From positions 62,806,001 through 62,870,000 of the forward strand of contig OX597820.1 of the NCBI GenBank assembly GCA_951406725.2: a stretch of DNA of 64,000 nt. Direction: 5' to 3'. Source of the stretch: Octopus vulgaris (Eukaryota). The position numbers and the translations under genes are program-made. The notes below the pieces were generated by a model, which had not been told where the DNA came from, did not search any database, and saw only the letters and a list, made by a program, of their open reading frames with translations. How positions within the stretch are numbered: position 1 is the first letter of the stretch; each line of letters starts with the position of its first letter. Shown here piece after piece: positions 40,930-54,686 of this stretch.

Positions 40930-41700
40930 TCAGACAACAATCTCATGAGAGAATCGACGGAAAGGAGATGGAAGACATCAAAATAATTTTACTTCGGTAC
41001 GACAGTCAAGAAAGACGAAAGGGGAACAGACGACATAAAGAACAGAATATCCCAAGAATGGAGAACATTCTACCACCTAAAAGAATGGTATAGAGAAGCA
41101 AAAGTATTAACTACAGAACGAAGATGAAGCTGTTCAAGGCATCCGTCCGACCAATATTTCTCTACTGATGTGAAAAATAGAAATTGAAAAAAATGGAATA
41201 TAAAGGCAATGCACTATTTCCAAATCACATACTTAAGGAGAATACTCAACACCAAGTGGCTGCAAAGGGTCCGAAGCGATACGAGTGAAATAACGGGCAT
41301 TAACAGAATCAGTGACAAAATAAGACACAGACGCTGAAACTGGATCGGACCCGTCCTCGGACAAGATCGTGAAAGCGTTGTAATGGTGACACCAACGTGG
41401 CAGTTTTAGGGGACAAGTTCAGCAGGGCGTCCTGAAACAACATAGCGAGAGATTATTCTTTTCTACTCTAGGCACAGGGCCCAAATTTTTCGGGGAGGGG
41501 GACCAGTCGTTTAAATCGACCCCAATACACAACTGGTACTTAATTTATCAACTCCGAAAGGATGAAAGCCAAAGTCGACCTCAGCGGAATTTGAACTCAG
41601 AACGTAAAGGCAGACGAAAATGGTGTGGGATTATTGACAAGGAAAGGAGACGAGAAGGGTGGAGAAACTGGAATGAGATGAATGAAACGGAGGAAAAACG
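40930..41700 (+). pseudogene. Decayed RTE-clade LINE C-terminal region interrupted by a SINE
   Basis: Fragments IDGKEMEDIK, DDIKNRISQ, RTKMKLFKASVRPIFLY*CEK*, YLRRILNTKW, IRHRR*NWIGPVL and GRPETT*REIIDKERRREGWRNWNE match the RTE pattern LLYG.ETW, RW.GH, GRPK.TW. Confidence 0.85.
41458..41628 (-). mobile_element. SINE family B (5'-truncated) with GATTATT target duplication
   Basis: CGAAAGGATGAAAGCCAAAGTCGACCTCAGCGGAATTTGAACTCAGAACG; GATTATT at 41451-41457 and 41629-41635. Confidence 0.85.
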
Positions 41701-43087
41701 GGCACTGAGAAAGCTAACTTTCGGTAAACTCCAAAGCAGATTCAATTAAAATACCTTCACTAGCTCTGAACGCAGTCTAAATACTATGTCAAAGTTTCCG
41801 CTGATTTCATTACTTGAACGTTTAACAGCCTGTCCTTTCACCAAAGTACGTATTTAGATATATTTCATTAGCTCAGCTCCATGAAGTAAACGTAACTGTC
41901 ATCATAAAAATATTTACCAGCAAATATAAACTGTAAAAACTGTAAAAGAATATAAAATATTTATTATATGGATATACAGATACATGAAGATTTAAATAAG
42001 GAAAATTTTCATAGTGTATTCACGTATCCGACACGATATCCTGAAACTTCACATTTTTTATTTTCTTATTGGTTGACACACATATAATGGCTGATTTTAT
42101 ATCAAATATCTATTTTTCTATTTCTGCTTTGTTGACAATATCAAACCTGAAGTAAAGTTGAACAATGACAACAAGCAAATTATATTAACGCTATTCGTCT
42201 TCTGCCAGATATACACCGATATACCTTTCTTAAAATGGTGTTCATACATCTTGTATGTGAAAATATACACCAAACTGGATAGTAAAATACGACAGCTGAA
42301 TTAATGCTGTTTTTCTAATCATCCGAGATTTTGTACTCCACTATTATGTTGGATGTTAAAGAAATTTATACCGTGCGCCAACTGCTAGATTATGTCAGTG
42401 TAACCAAAATGCTCGACTGCAATCTACTGCCAGGCCAAGATATGCATTCCTGTTAGTTACTCCTTGAAATACTTGATGTCCGTTCAGTTACAGGTCAATC
42501 GTGATGAAAGGCATGTAGCATCATATTTCGTAAAATGAGATACGGATTCCAATTCTCGTATTATTTTTACACACACACACATGGCGCGCATACAAACACA
42601 CACAAATAAATATTGTGCAAATAATAATAATATTTAGAAACCATCGCCATGTATTGACTAAAAGAAATAGTCTAATTTTAGGACGTGTAGACTACATTCC
42701 TTAGATTGGACTTTTCCCCAAGAAAAATGTACATAGTTTACATAGTTTTAATATTTTAAAAATATATTTTATATGTGAAAGTATATTGTTTGTCGACTAG
42801 TTTTGCCTTCGCTAATCCATGACTTTGAAATTATTGTAATTTTGTATTTTCTTAAGATTTTAGTCCATGTTCTGTATGGCAGGATTCATGAATGAAATGA
42901 ATGAGGCAGAAAAATATAATGGGAAGTAATTGGTGATCGTTATTATGCGAGACAGGGGAGTTAATTCCCCACTTTTGGGGGAAGGGGTAAATAAATATAC
43001 AACTCAAAAGTTAAGTTATTGTGATGAAATATTTACAATGATATCTAAGTGTACATGAATTGAAATATATACTGAAATCAAAATTTG

Positions 43088-43292
43088 CTATGCGTTCATA
43101 TTTAGGCGTGTTCTGTATTTTTCGATAAATAATATTTCTTTATTTAAACATTCTTGTACAGAAATTGTTTCTTTTTGACTGATAGATGGGGAAATCTGTA
43201 AAGTTTGGTTGGATATTCCCTGCATATCTCTCTATATGTTCACTCAAAGAAATCTGTCTGTCATGTGGCAAACGGATCTGTTCCTTATGTAA
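43088..43292 (-). pseudogene. Penelope-like element GIY-YIG endonuclease C-terminal remnant
   Basis: LHKEQIRLPHDRQISLSEHIERYAGNIQPNFTDFPIYQ, frameshift, then ETISVQECLNKEILFIEKYRTRLNMNA*. Fits the H..H...E..FI.....LN signature of PLE GIY-YIG domains. Confidence 0.7.
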
Positions 43293-43594
43293 TAAATATT
43301 TCATCTCAATACTTAAGCTTTTGAGCTTTTGTATATTTATTAATCTCCTCCCCACAAAATGAGCAGCTATCTCCCGTGTCCCGAATAGTAACGGTCACCA
43401 ATTACCTCCCCTTTTATCTTTTTAACTGTTGATTCATTTTATTCACAAACCCGTACTCAACATGGACTAAAAATCTTCTTAAGAAAATACGAAATTACAA
43501 TAATTTCAATGTCATGATTAACGAAACAAAAACCGGTTAAGAAATAATATATTTCACATATAAAACATGTAAACTGTGTACATTTTTTTCCTTT

Positions 43595-43633
<39 letters not shown>

Positions 43634-43688
43634 TTTGCATTGCAATTCACCACGTGGAGATAATCGAAATTCTCCCCCTCCATTTTCT

Positions 43689-43724
<36 letters not shown>

Positions 43725-44874
43725 GAATGAAGTTATAAAAATACTGCACAAGTAACGATGAAGGTCAAAATGTTTATCACTATCTAATTTCTCGTACGTG
43801 TGTCACTAATTCTACAAATGGGCATAATTCATATCACTCAGACATCTTAAAACCATTCTCATTAAAATATGAGAAGCAAGAAGCAAAAAGTCAGATGTTG
43901 TGTTCCTCTTGCCAAATACAAATACGAGGTATGAAATTAGAGGATTATAAACCGATTCCTGGTCAGCACTGCTGCTAAAGAACAATATTTCAAATAATAT
44001 GATTTGATAAAACTAGTGCACCACCGCATTAGAATGTTAATGACTGGAAAATGTTTTTAAAATGTAATGAATTAATTTGTCCTGGGGGGTTTTCAGGCAC
44101 TGTAATTTGTAAAAGTACGATATATTTCTGTAAAAAAAAATCCCCAAAAACCCAAAAATGTATTCGCTGACAAAATGTCCTGTCGCAAATGATGAACTTT
44201 ACACTTTCTAACGCCAAAACAATTTATTCCATTCTCACCTGTATATATTCTGAAAATCTATGTTCATAAGCAGAAAATAACTGATGATACCAATTAAAAG
44301 GCCAACAATCCACAAATTCAAATCTCCTACATATATTTATGACATTAGAAGTATTATAACAAACACACTCAGTCATTTCCTACACATATGACTCGGTATT
44401 GTGGAATGTGTAAGTGAACACATTCGTCTATTTGTTGACATATTCGTGTGTTTATATATATATATATATTGCTTTTTGAATATATATATATATATATATA
44501 TACAGAGATACACAAATGCATATCTATAAAGAAAGACATGTATGCTCAGGCACACATACTCTCGCTCACAGAATCATAGAAATCCATGCATGGGTTGGAT
44601 TGTTTTTAGTATTATATATTATGTATTTATTTCGATGATTGCTACCTACATACATGCGCACATGCGTATATGCAATCTTGTGACCATACAGAAATTGATT
44701 GACTCACACAAATACTCATTCAATCAATTTATATGAAATATTTCTATGTATTTGTGAGTAAGTGTCAAGCTGTCTATCAATTTTCTCGTCTGAATATAAA
44801 TGTGTAGACGTAGACTACAGATTCAGAGGTAAATATTGCTGTAGATTTATGAATATATGTACGTGCTGTCACAT

Positions 44875-44895
44875 ACATATATATATATACGCACA

Positions 44896-44964
<69 letters not shown>

Positions 44965-45017
44965 ATGTGTGTGTGCTTATGTATATATTTGCAAGGAGAT
45001 ATAAATACATATACATA

Positions 45018-45056
<39 letters not shown>

Positions 45057-45118
45057 TTATGTTTATATATATGAATATATGTACGTATATATATATATAT
45101 AAATACAAACGTACGTAC

Positions 45119-45154
<36 letters not shown>

Positions 45155-45238
45155 ACATATGTATACGTACATATGTATATATATATATATATATATATGT
45201 ATACATATGTATATATATATATATATATATATGTATAC

Positions 45239-45301
<63 letters not shown>

Positions 45302-45302
45302 C

Positions 45303-45337
<35 letters not shown>

Positions 45338-45440
45338 AATGTATGTATGTATGCATATATATATGTATGTATATATATATATATGTATATATATGTATGT
45401 ATGCATATGTGATATATATATATATATATATACATACATA
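44875..45440. repeat. (TA)n-based compound microsatellite
   Basis: Direct reading. Confidence 0.95.
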
Positions 45441-45742
45441 TTCGTATGAATGATGTCATCAGTATAAGTGATTGGAGGGACAGTTGTCTGTCGTCAATAG
45501 CAATGGAACGCGACTATACCGATACGCTCGTATTCCCTCTGCTTTTCTCTCGTTCTCTCTTTTGATTCTGTCTCCATCCTGCAGGTCTTTCACTTTCTTG
45601 TTCCTAACCAACAAACACTGAAGTGTACTATTGTAAAAACACATTTGTAGATAATAAACAATATATGCATAAGAGGACGCGTCATATTTAGACATATGTA
45701 TAATTACACGCATGCAGACACACACATACACACATATGCGTA

Positions 45743-45779
<37 letters not shown>

Positions 45780-46067
45780 TGTAACTGTGTATATAAGTCT
45801 GTATATTTGTGTATATATATATGTGCGTGTGTATATATATATATGTGTGTGTATATATATACATATATATTATATATAATATATATATGTATTTATATAT
45901 GTATATATATGTGTATATATGGATATATATATATGTATATATACATATGTATCTCTCTCACTATATATATACATATATATATATATATTTGTGTATATAA
46001 ATTTATATAAATTTATATCTAAATTTATCTATATGCGTGTATATTGATAAAAGTATATATAAATACG

Positions 46068-46145
<78 letters not shown>

Positions 46146-46526
46146 CATCTGTATGTTTGTGCATGTGTATATGTAAGTGTGCGTGCGTTTGTGTGTGTGT
46201 GTGTGGTTCAATACATAGAATACGTAGAAGTATATCTTTGTATGTGTGTGTATCTTTGTTGCTGTACATGTGGCATTGTGAAAGAATTTATTATGCATGC
46301 ATACGTTTAATGTAAAATGTTGATATATGTACAGGTTTAGTATAAGGACATTTTCTAAATATCAGACGGTAATAAAATCTGCATATGCAACGTATTCGAT
46401 TAGACAATTTTAGGAGACGCTTAACGGCACCATATTGAGCCAGTTCTTCAAACAGTACGAGTCTTGGAAATGCCAAATGATCAATTATAATGTTAAGCTG
46501 AGCAATAGTATGCTGACACAATGGAG

Positions 46527-46564
<38 letters not shown>

Positions 46565-46818
46565 ATTCACGTGTGCGAAGACAATCCCTTACCCGCGCAC
46601 CTATACAGACACGCACATACACACTCATACACACATAGATGCACACACACAAACCCACACACAGACACACACTACATATCTTCGCAGTGACAACGTGTAA
46701 TATATATCGATACCTATGTAAATATGCTTCGATGTCTCTATGCACATGTACAGATATGAGTGTGTGTATGTGTGTGGGTATTCGTGTGTGCGCGTGTGCA
46801 TGTGTCTGCGTATGTGTG

Positions 46819-46868
<50 letters not shown>

Positions 46869-47580
46869 CATACATATATATATATACATATATATACATA
46901 TACATACATATACATACGTACATACATATATATACATACACACACTAGCACGCCCGTATATATGTGCAGAAAATTGCATTCGATCAAGCATCACAAGTGT
47001 TGCATTAAATATGAGAAAATTGTATATATTGCTGTACATATATAAACATCACTTTATGTAATATACAAATATGTATTTATAAACGGATGTATACATGAGT
47101 ATATGTTTTTGCATACATATATATGTAGATATACGTACACACACTCACAGACACACACATATATGTGTGTGTTTATATGTTTGTACAAACAGGGACACAC
47201 ATGCACACACATACATCTGCATGTTGTGTGCATATATATTTATACATATATCCGTATGTATTGTTCGTGTTTTTTTACGTTCTTTAATATCGTAGTTTTA
47301 ACTCGTTTAAACAATCGCCAAAGCAGCACCATACGTGCATTAACATATAAACTTGTTTCACTATACAATGCGGAAGGAGGAACTTCAACGCCCAACCAAC
47401 AGAACACAATAGAAAGCAGCAATTGAGCAATAAGACGAGTAATAAAACTCATTCTTTGCTTTAATGTTTTGTGCATCTTTGTGACCTTTCAACAAGAGAC
47501 TACGGGATGTCAAATCCTACAAAAATTATATTGGTATTATGCAGCTGTGCACGACTACGCACGCAAGCATGCACACCATA

Positions 47581-47624
<44 letters not shown>

Positions 47625-47723
47625 CGCATATATATTCTTTAATTCTTCATATATGTAATATATACATGTAACATGTATGTTTGTTTATATATACAGTACA
47701 TGAATACACACACAGACACGCAA

Positions 47724-47793
<70 letters not shown>

Positions 47794-47835
47794 ATATACA
47801 TTCAAAATATATACATTCAGAATGTGACAGCGTGT

Positions 47836-48020
47836 GTACCGTTGGCGATTTTTTTTTCCTCTGTCTTCCCTTCTCTGGATCTTTCCTTCTCCTATGTTTC
47901 CGACGAAGAGCTCCGCTCGAAATGTTAGACCCTCCTTCTTTCCTTAGCGTCTAATAATACTATATTTGTTCCACGTCCTCACGTTGTTGTGTTTTTTGTG
48001 CTTTCTTGTTTGAATTAACT
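47836..48020 (+). mobile_element. Probable Penelope-like terminal-repeat remnant
   Basis: Pyrimidine-rich island ending at (TA)n, containing a minimal hammerhead; related to 38430-38615. Confidence 0.55.
47896..47930 (+). ncRNA. Minimal type I hammerhead variant (possibly decayed)
   Basis: GUUU CCGACGA A GAGC UCC GCUC GAA AUGU U/ AGAC. Helix I is 4 bp with one G.U, the core is a U4C variant, and helix II is 4 bp. Helix III AUGU is probably ACGU after CpG decay. Confidence 0.55.
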
Positions 48021-48132
48021 ATATATATATACATACATACATATCCACATAAACGCATGTTTGTACACACAAAAAACACACTCACATATATATATACATA
48101 CATATACATACATAAATTATACTATATTATAC

Positions 48133-48322
<190 letters not shown>

Positions 48323-49349
48323 GAAATCATAAATTTTCTTATGCGATTTTGTTTTTACTGGTGCGTGTCCATTTGAATCATTTTGCTCGAAAATATCGGG
48401 TCAGGAATTGGTATTAGATACAGTGCTTATCACTTTCTACATATCGATCATCAAGTTTACAGGAAGTACAGCAAAATGTGCGTTCATAAATAAAGATACA
48501 GATACACACACAGAAGCATTCACACACACACAGAAGCATTCACACATATTGATACTTCATTTCATATATACACATACATATATAATGAATACATATGATT
48601 GTTTGCATGTAGATATGTATGTATGTACGTATTTACATAGGTATGTATGTAGGTAGGTACGTGGCTACATATAAAATACTCTTTCGACCATTTGGGAAGC
48701 GTTGCTTAACCTGAGAGTTGAATGAATATATGTATAAAACATATATGTGATAAGTATTTGTAATACATGAATGTTTGTGTTTGCTTGTAGACACACATAC
48801 ACACACTCCCTCACAAACACACACACAGATGCACACACGCATACACATGCAGTCACACGCATAAATAAGATAAAACAGGGGATTGGAATAAACTTTGTAT
48901 TATTTAATCAGCATTTCACGTGTTTAATTTTTTAATAGGAATTACAAAGTTGTACATGTAGGAGAAACATGTAAAATAGTTGCCATCAGAAACTCTCCCG
49001 CAGAGAATAAAATATTATTTGATTTTCTGTCTGATGAATATCCAATAGGAGATAACTTAAATAATTGTCTTCCATGTAAAATTTTGTAACTCGTATTTGC
49101 AAATAAAACACGTGTAATGGTGAATAAATAACGCCAAAAATGTTTTCTAATCTCCTGTTTTGATATATGATTTCATTGCAAATACTACTTCTAGTATTTT
49201 CATCTCTTTTGCTTGCCTAACAATTATACATGCAATTTTGGAGTACAGCATTATGCAGATGTGCCTCACGAGGACGCAGCTTTTATTATAATATTTTCTA
49301 CGTACTGTGTGTGTGTGAGGTGAGTGTGTGTGTATGTTTGTGTATGTAT

Positions 49350-49407
<58 letters not shown>

Positions 49408-49492
49408 GGATTTTTATATACATCTAATGCATCCTTTAGCTTCCTCGTTTGTGTGCGCTCCTGGCGACTTGTAATGCAGAAACGGATTGCAA

Positions 49493-49713
49493 TGGCGGCG
49501 AGCTGGCAGAAACGTTAGCACGCCGGGCGAAATGCTTAGCGGTATTTAGTCTACCGTTACGTTCTGAGTTCAAATTCTGTCGAGGTCGACTTTGCCTTTC
49601 ATCCTTTCGGGGTCGATAAATTAATTACCAGTTACGCACTGAGGTCAATGTAATCGATTTAATCCCTTTGTCTGTCCTTGTTTGTCCCGCCCCTTGTGGG
49701 CAATAAAGAGATA
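49493..49713 (+). mobile_element. Full-length SINE family B (Nin/Deu-domain type) with 15-bp TSD
   Basis: Head GGCGGCGAGCTGGCAGAAACGTTAG, B box GAGTTCAAATTC, core GCCTTTCATCCTTTCGGGGTCGATAAA (Nin-domain-like), tail GCCCCTTGTGGGCAATAAAGA. AGAAACGGATTGCAA occurs at 49478-49492 and 49714-49728. Confidence 0.92.
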
Positions 49714-50098
49714 AGAAACGGATTGCAAATGTTTTCAGAACAGGCAAAGGCCACGCAATGGTGTGTAATTAACATTGGGTGCGCCTATTTAATGGCATAC
49801 TTTCGTTTCTTTCAAATGACGCATGGAAGTAATCATAGCCGCAGATTCTAAGTTTATATTAACAGCGATAGGAGGTACAGGTGAATGTGATCTGCTCCTC
49901 AAATTCCTCAAGTTAGGCTGGAATCTATGATGTAAAGTGAACTTCTTAAATTATATTTTTTGGTCTTGACACATAAGTCAAATGGTGCTGCATGATCAGA
50001 CAATAGTTTCAGCCAGGTTTACAATCTACCGCTTTCTCAATTAAGATTAATGGTCTTCATATTAAATCTTTTTAAGGCTTCATTCAAGGTGATACCAT

Positions 50099-50187
<89 letters not shown>

Positions 50188-50834
50188 TTAGAGGGGAAAA
50201 TCTCGTATATGACGCTAAATACAGGAAATCATGATTGCCCTGTGACTAAACGAACGTTAACGAAACCCAGAAGTAACTCATTCTGACTAGATTGCAGTCG
50301 AATATTATGGCGACATTGTCATAATCAAGCGGCTGGCTCTCGGAATTATTTTCTGCAAATGTTAACATCGTAGTGAAGTACAAAAACAGCTGCCGTATTT
50401 GAGAATCCAGTATTGTGTGTATTTTCACATACGAGACGTATGAGCACCGTTTGAAGCAGGCCCATTAGCAGTAATATATGTTCCCTTTCCTCATTACTCA
50501 ACCTAATATCAGTTGAAATGTTGCCAACAAAGCAGAAACAGATATTTGATATTAAAACATCAATTATATGTATTTCAACAAATACGTAGAAGATTAAAAT
50601 TGTGAAGAAGTTTTAGAAAATCGTGGAGAACAAACCTCGGAAGCGTGAATATATTGTGAAATATTTTAAAATTTTAATCTTCATATATTTTCTTATCCAT
50701 ATAATATATCTATAGCATATTTTACACTTTTGCTGGTGAAATATTTTCTGCTCTCATCTAAATATAATTAATGATAATGGAACTAAGCAAATGAAATGTA
50801 TCTTCAGTGTATTGCAGAGTTCAGAAGATGTATA

Positions 50835-51401
50835 TATGAGGGAACATCCACCCACATGGACACATATCTGCGACCCTCTTTCAGTTGCTCCGCACGAAGC
50901 TTTATTGATTAACGTTGCTGGGTTGGTCTTAGATTTACAGACTGATAGTATCACACATTTGATGCTGCTGTACTACTACGAGATACGTTTTAGTTTTGCA
51001 GTTTTTCTCACCTGTTCATCGATTTTGCGATTACTGAAAACGAAGGAACAAGGTGCTTCCGTGAAATTCTGTTTTCTGCTGATGAAAACGGCGTCCCAAG
51101 CAGTTGCCATGTTTCAAACTGCTTACAAGAACGCTTCCATGAGCAAAACAAGTTTACGAATGGTTTCCGCGCATTAGGAATGATCACGTGTCGCTTGATA
51201 ACCAATCTTCTTCAAGACGACCGTCGACCTCCCGAACGAATAAAAGTATCATGAAAGTTCATGAACTGATCTTGGAGGACAGTCACCGATGCATTCCTTC
51301 AAACGGAAAATACTTTAAAGTCGACAAAAGTGTAAACATGCAACACTAAGTGAATGATATAATAATGCAAGATTTTGATTTCTTTTGGGTACCCTCTTGT
51401 A
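50835..51401 (+). mobile_element. Internally deleted mariner
   Basis: KEQGASVKFCFLLMKTASQAVAMFQTAYK..MSKT.VYEWF..RRPSTSRT..KVHELILEDSHR is joined directly to the C-terminal CIPSNGKYF. Right TIR TTTTGGGTACCCTCTTGTA; left TIR is degenerate (TATGAGGG). Confidence 0.8.
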
Positions 51402-51620
51402 GATTCGTTAGTCATTGAGGTGCTGCAAGGCAGACATCATTGTGGCAATTGAATCCCTTTTGTAAATTTAAGCTTCTATATTTTTGTTTTAATCGTTATT
51501 TCTGTCTATCCTTCCTTGTCTTTATTTGCTTACATATTCCATAGACACTACCTCACATTAAAGGGAAAGGATGAATTATCATAAATAGAAATATGTATGA
51601 TGTTATATCAAATATCAGTG

Positions 51621-51904
<284 letters not shown>

Positions 51905-52021
51905 GTATATATATATATGTATATATATGTACATATATATGTGTGTGTATATATGTAGGCATATATATCTATATATCTTTCTATTTATACATACATTCAC
52001 ACACACACACACACCTATATA

Positions 52022-52059
<38 letters not shown>

Positions 52060-52066
<7 letters not shown>

Positions 52067-52352
52067 AAGAAATTCCAACTCTGTTATTTTATGTTTTATT
52101 TATATTTTTTATAATATTAATGTGGAATACACTCCTGTCACATCCTGGATCTTGAAGACTTCTATAATGCAAGAAAGTATACTAGTCCCTTAATATTTTA
52201 TATTCAATAATTCATCTATTCCATAAGACAATCAATACTTCATTTCATTTTACGTTATATATATTATTTATACTATATATTCTCTATTCAACATTAATAT
52301 CATAAAGAATATAAATAAAACACAAAAAAACAGTTGGAATTTCTTTGAATAA
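52060..52352. repeat. Inverted repeat (~70-bp arms) enclosing a degenerate hammerhead-like motif
   Basis: TTATTCAAAGAAATTCCAACT...TATTAATGTGGAATA (52060-52129) pairs with TATTCAACATTAATA...AGTTGGAATTTCTTTGAATAA (52285-52352). Inside: GGAU CUUGAAGA ... GAA AGUAUACU A GUCC. Confidence 0.75.
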
Positions 52353-52385
52353 TATATATCCTCCTATACACAATCATACAAACCC

Positions 52386-52503
<118 letters not shown>

Positions 52504-52688
52504 ATACATCCATAGTCACATACATACACAAAGTGGTTAGACGAAAGCGCTCTCACGCTGGAAACAAAACTGATGCCTCCCAAAATTAGTAACATCTTGA
52601 TAAAAGACTTCATAACATTTTATTTAAAATAACTTTTTGGAATAATCACCTTTACGCTTCAAAACTGTATTCAGTAATTCGTACAGAC

Positions 52689-52733
<45 letters not shown>

Positions 52734-52765
52734 CATATATGCTCCGTATGTTTCTATAGCCCACC

Positions 52766-52928
52766 ATTTTATTCGTAATTTGTGCGTCACGTCATACAAA
52801 ACACCCGTCATTACTTCAGGCACACGATTCTTAACATAACAAAAATCGATTTTGTTATGTTACCAGTCGGATGTCTGAAAAATTTGCGGGCTCTTTGTGT
52901 GACGTATCACGCGAATTGTGAATAAAAT
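52766..52928. repeat. Degenerate ~80-bp-arm palindrome (MITE-like)
   Basis: Centre TAACATAACAAAAATCGATTTTGTTATGTTA; arms pair out to ATTTTATTC / GAATAAAAT. Confidence 0.8.
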
Positions 52929-53832
52929 TCTATGCTATTAGAACTTAGGTATCATGGTTAGAACTGCTATTGTTCACTCATATTTTATCACATTTCTTTA
53001 CCACATGACATGCTTAAATAATGTTACTACTGAAAATGGAGTTGTGTTGTACCTGTTATCATGATATATTTTTTTGTTAATCTTATAATGGAAAGATAAA
53101 ATGGAAACATTATTAATTAATTAGTTAATATATTTATTCATGTTACGACAGCTACCCAATTAACATGCTGGAAGCAATCCTTATCGACGTGATCCAATCG
53201 AGTGATATGTCTATGCTGCGTGTGTGTTTGGGTTTGTCTGTTTCTCTGTGTGTGTGTGTGTGTGTGTGTGTGTCTGTGTGTTTAAGTGTATGTGTGTACA
53301 CGTGATATCTCCAACTGGATTTCGAGCGCTGTTATTACTTGATTATTTTATTAAATCATCATGGATATGGTCTTCTTTAAGGGATCTGCACTCTATTACA
53401 TAAATATGGCAGAGACGGGCAGGTCTTGCAACTAGGCGTTCAGAGAACTTGTAACCTATGCTGGCAAATGCCATTATACCATGATGGAATTTTTCTTTGT
53501 GTTGCCTTTTTCAACAAAGGATAGTCGTAATATGCAATACATGAAATAAATTTTATAAATCAAGCGATGCATGTGTCGAAGCATTTTAAAGTGAGGAAAG
53601 TCTTTGCACTGTGGCCACCTCAACTCATTCAACCTCTTGTTCATCTGCAAACAAGTTGATCATTGGATGCAAACAAGGTCGCAGTTTCATATTCACCCTT
53701 CAAAAGGTTGTCGAAGCAGGTTTGCTAAATTTTCAACTTTAGTCAATGGTTTTCCAACCAATCGACAAATTTTATTTATTACATCTTAACAGCAGCACTC
53801 AGAATGACTTATAAAATAAGTATCTCTTGTCT

Positions 53833-54075
53833 TTTATCTTTTACTTGCATCAGTCATTAGGCTACAGCCATGCAGGGACCACGCATTAATCCATCGGTCT
53901 CTTTTGCTAACCGCTAACTGAAGGGGACGAAAACGCACCAACACCGGTTGTAAATCTGTGGCGGTGGACAAGCAAAGGCACAAAGACACCCCTACTGTGA
54001 GCGTACTCACACACATGCACACACACACCCACGTGACAGGCATCTTTCACTTTCCGCCTACCGAATCTACATACA
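53833..54075 (-). mobile_element. Degenerate SINE family A
   Basis: TTTTACTTGCATCAGTCATT...GGTCTCTTTTGCTAACCGCTAA...CACCGGTTGT. Confidence 0.6.
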
Positions 54076-54153
54076 GAAACATGCCGCGCAGTGGTTTTTT
54101 TGCCACCCAGTTACGACCGCACTAATTTCTGGATCTATCTATCTATCTATCTA

Positions 54154-54227
<74 letters not shown>

Positions 54228-54236
54228 TACACACAC

Positions 54237-54277
<41 letters not shown>

Positions 54278-54635
54278 ATAATTTTTTGTGTAATGAGATA
54301 AAAAACCAAGGATGTGTAGATATTAGAACATTTAACACATACACACACACACACACATATATAATGTGACCAATGTCCGTCTTTCTTTTCCTCACGTGAT
54401 CATCTTTCTTTCTTTCCTTCAGGACTGTGCAAAGGACTTTACGCATTCTGTTTCTTCTATCTTTTCTCTTTTCAAATAAAATATTTCTCCAGCGTTCGCT
54501 ATTTTACACTCGTGTTTGTCTAACGGCCCTTCATGTTTGCTTTCGTTCGGTTTCCTTATATGTCTCCACTGTCCTGTTTTTGTTCCCAACTTTGACCCTC
54601 TATACATTTTATTTTGGTACTTATGGGAGCAACTG

Positions 54636-54667
<32 letters not shown>

Positions 54668-54686
54668 CATATATATGTGTGTATAT

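Noticed and set aside
45430-45468. Minus-strand CUGAUGA...CGAA motif (similar weak cases near 20585, 28230, 49031 and 63080)
   Set aside because: GAAA or the helices are incomplete.
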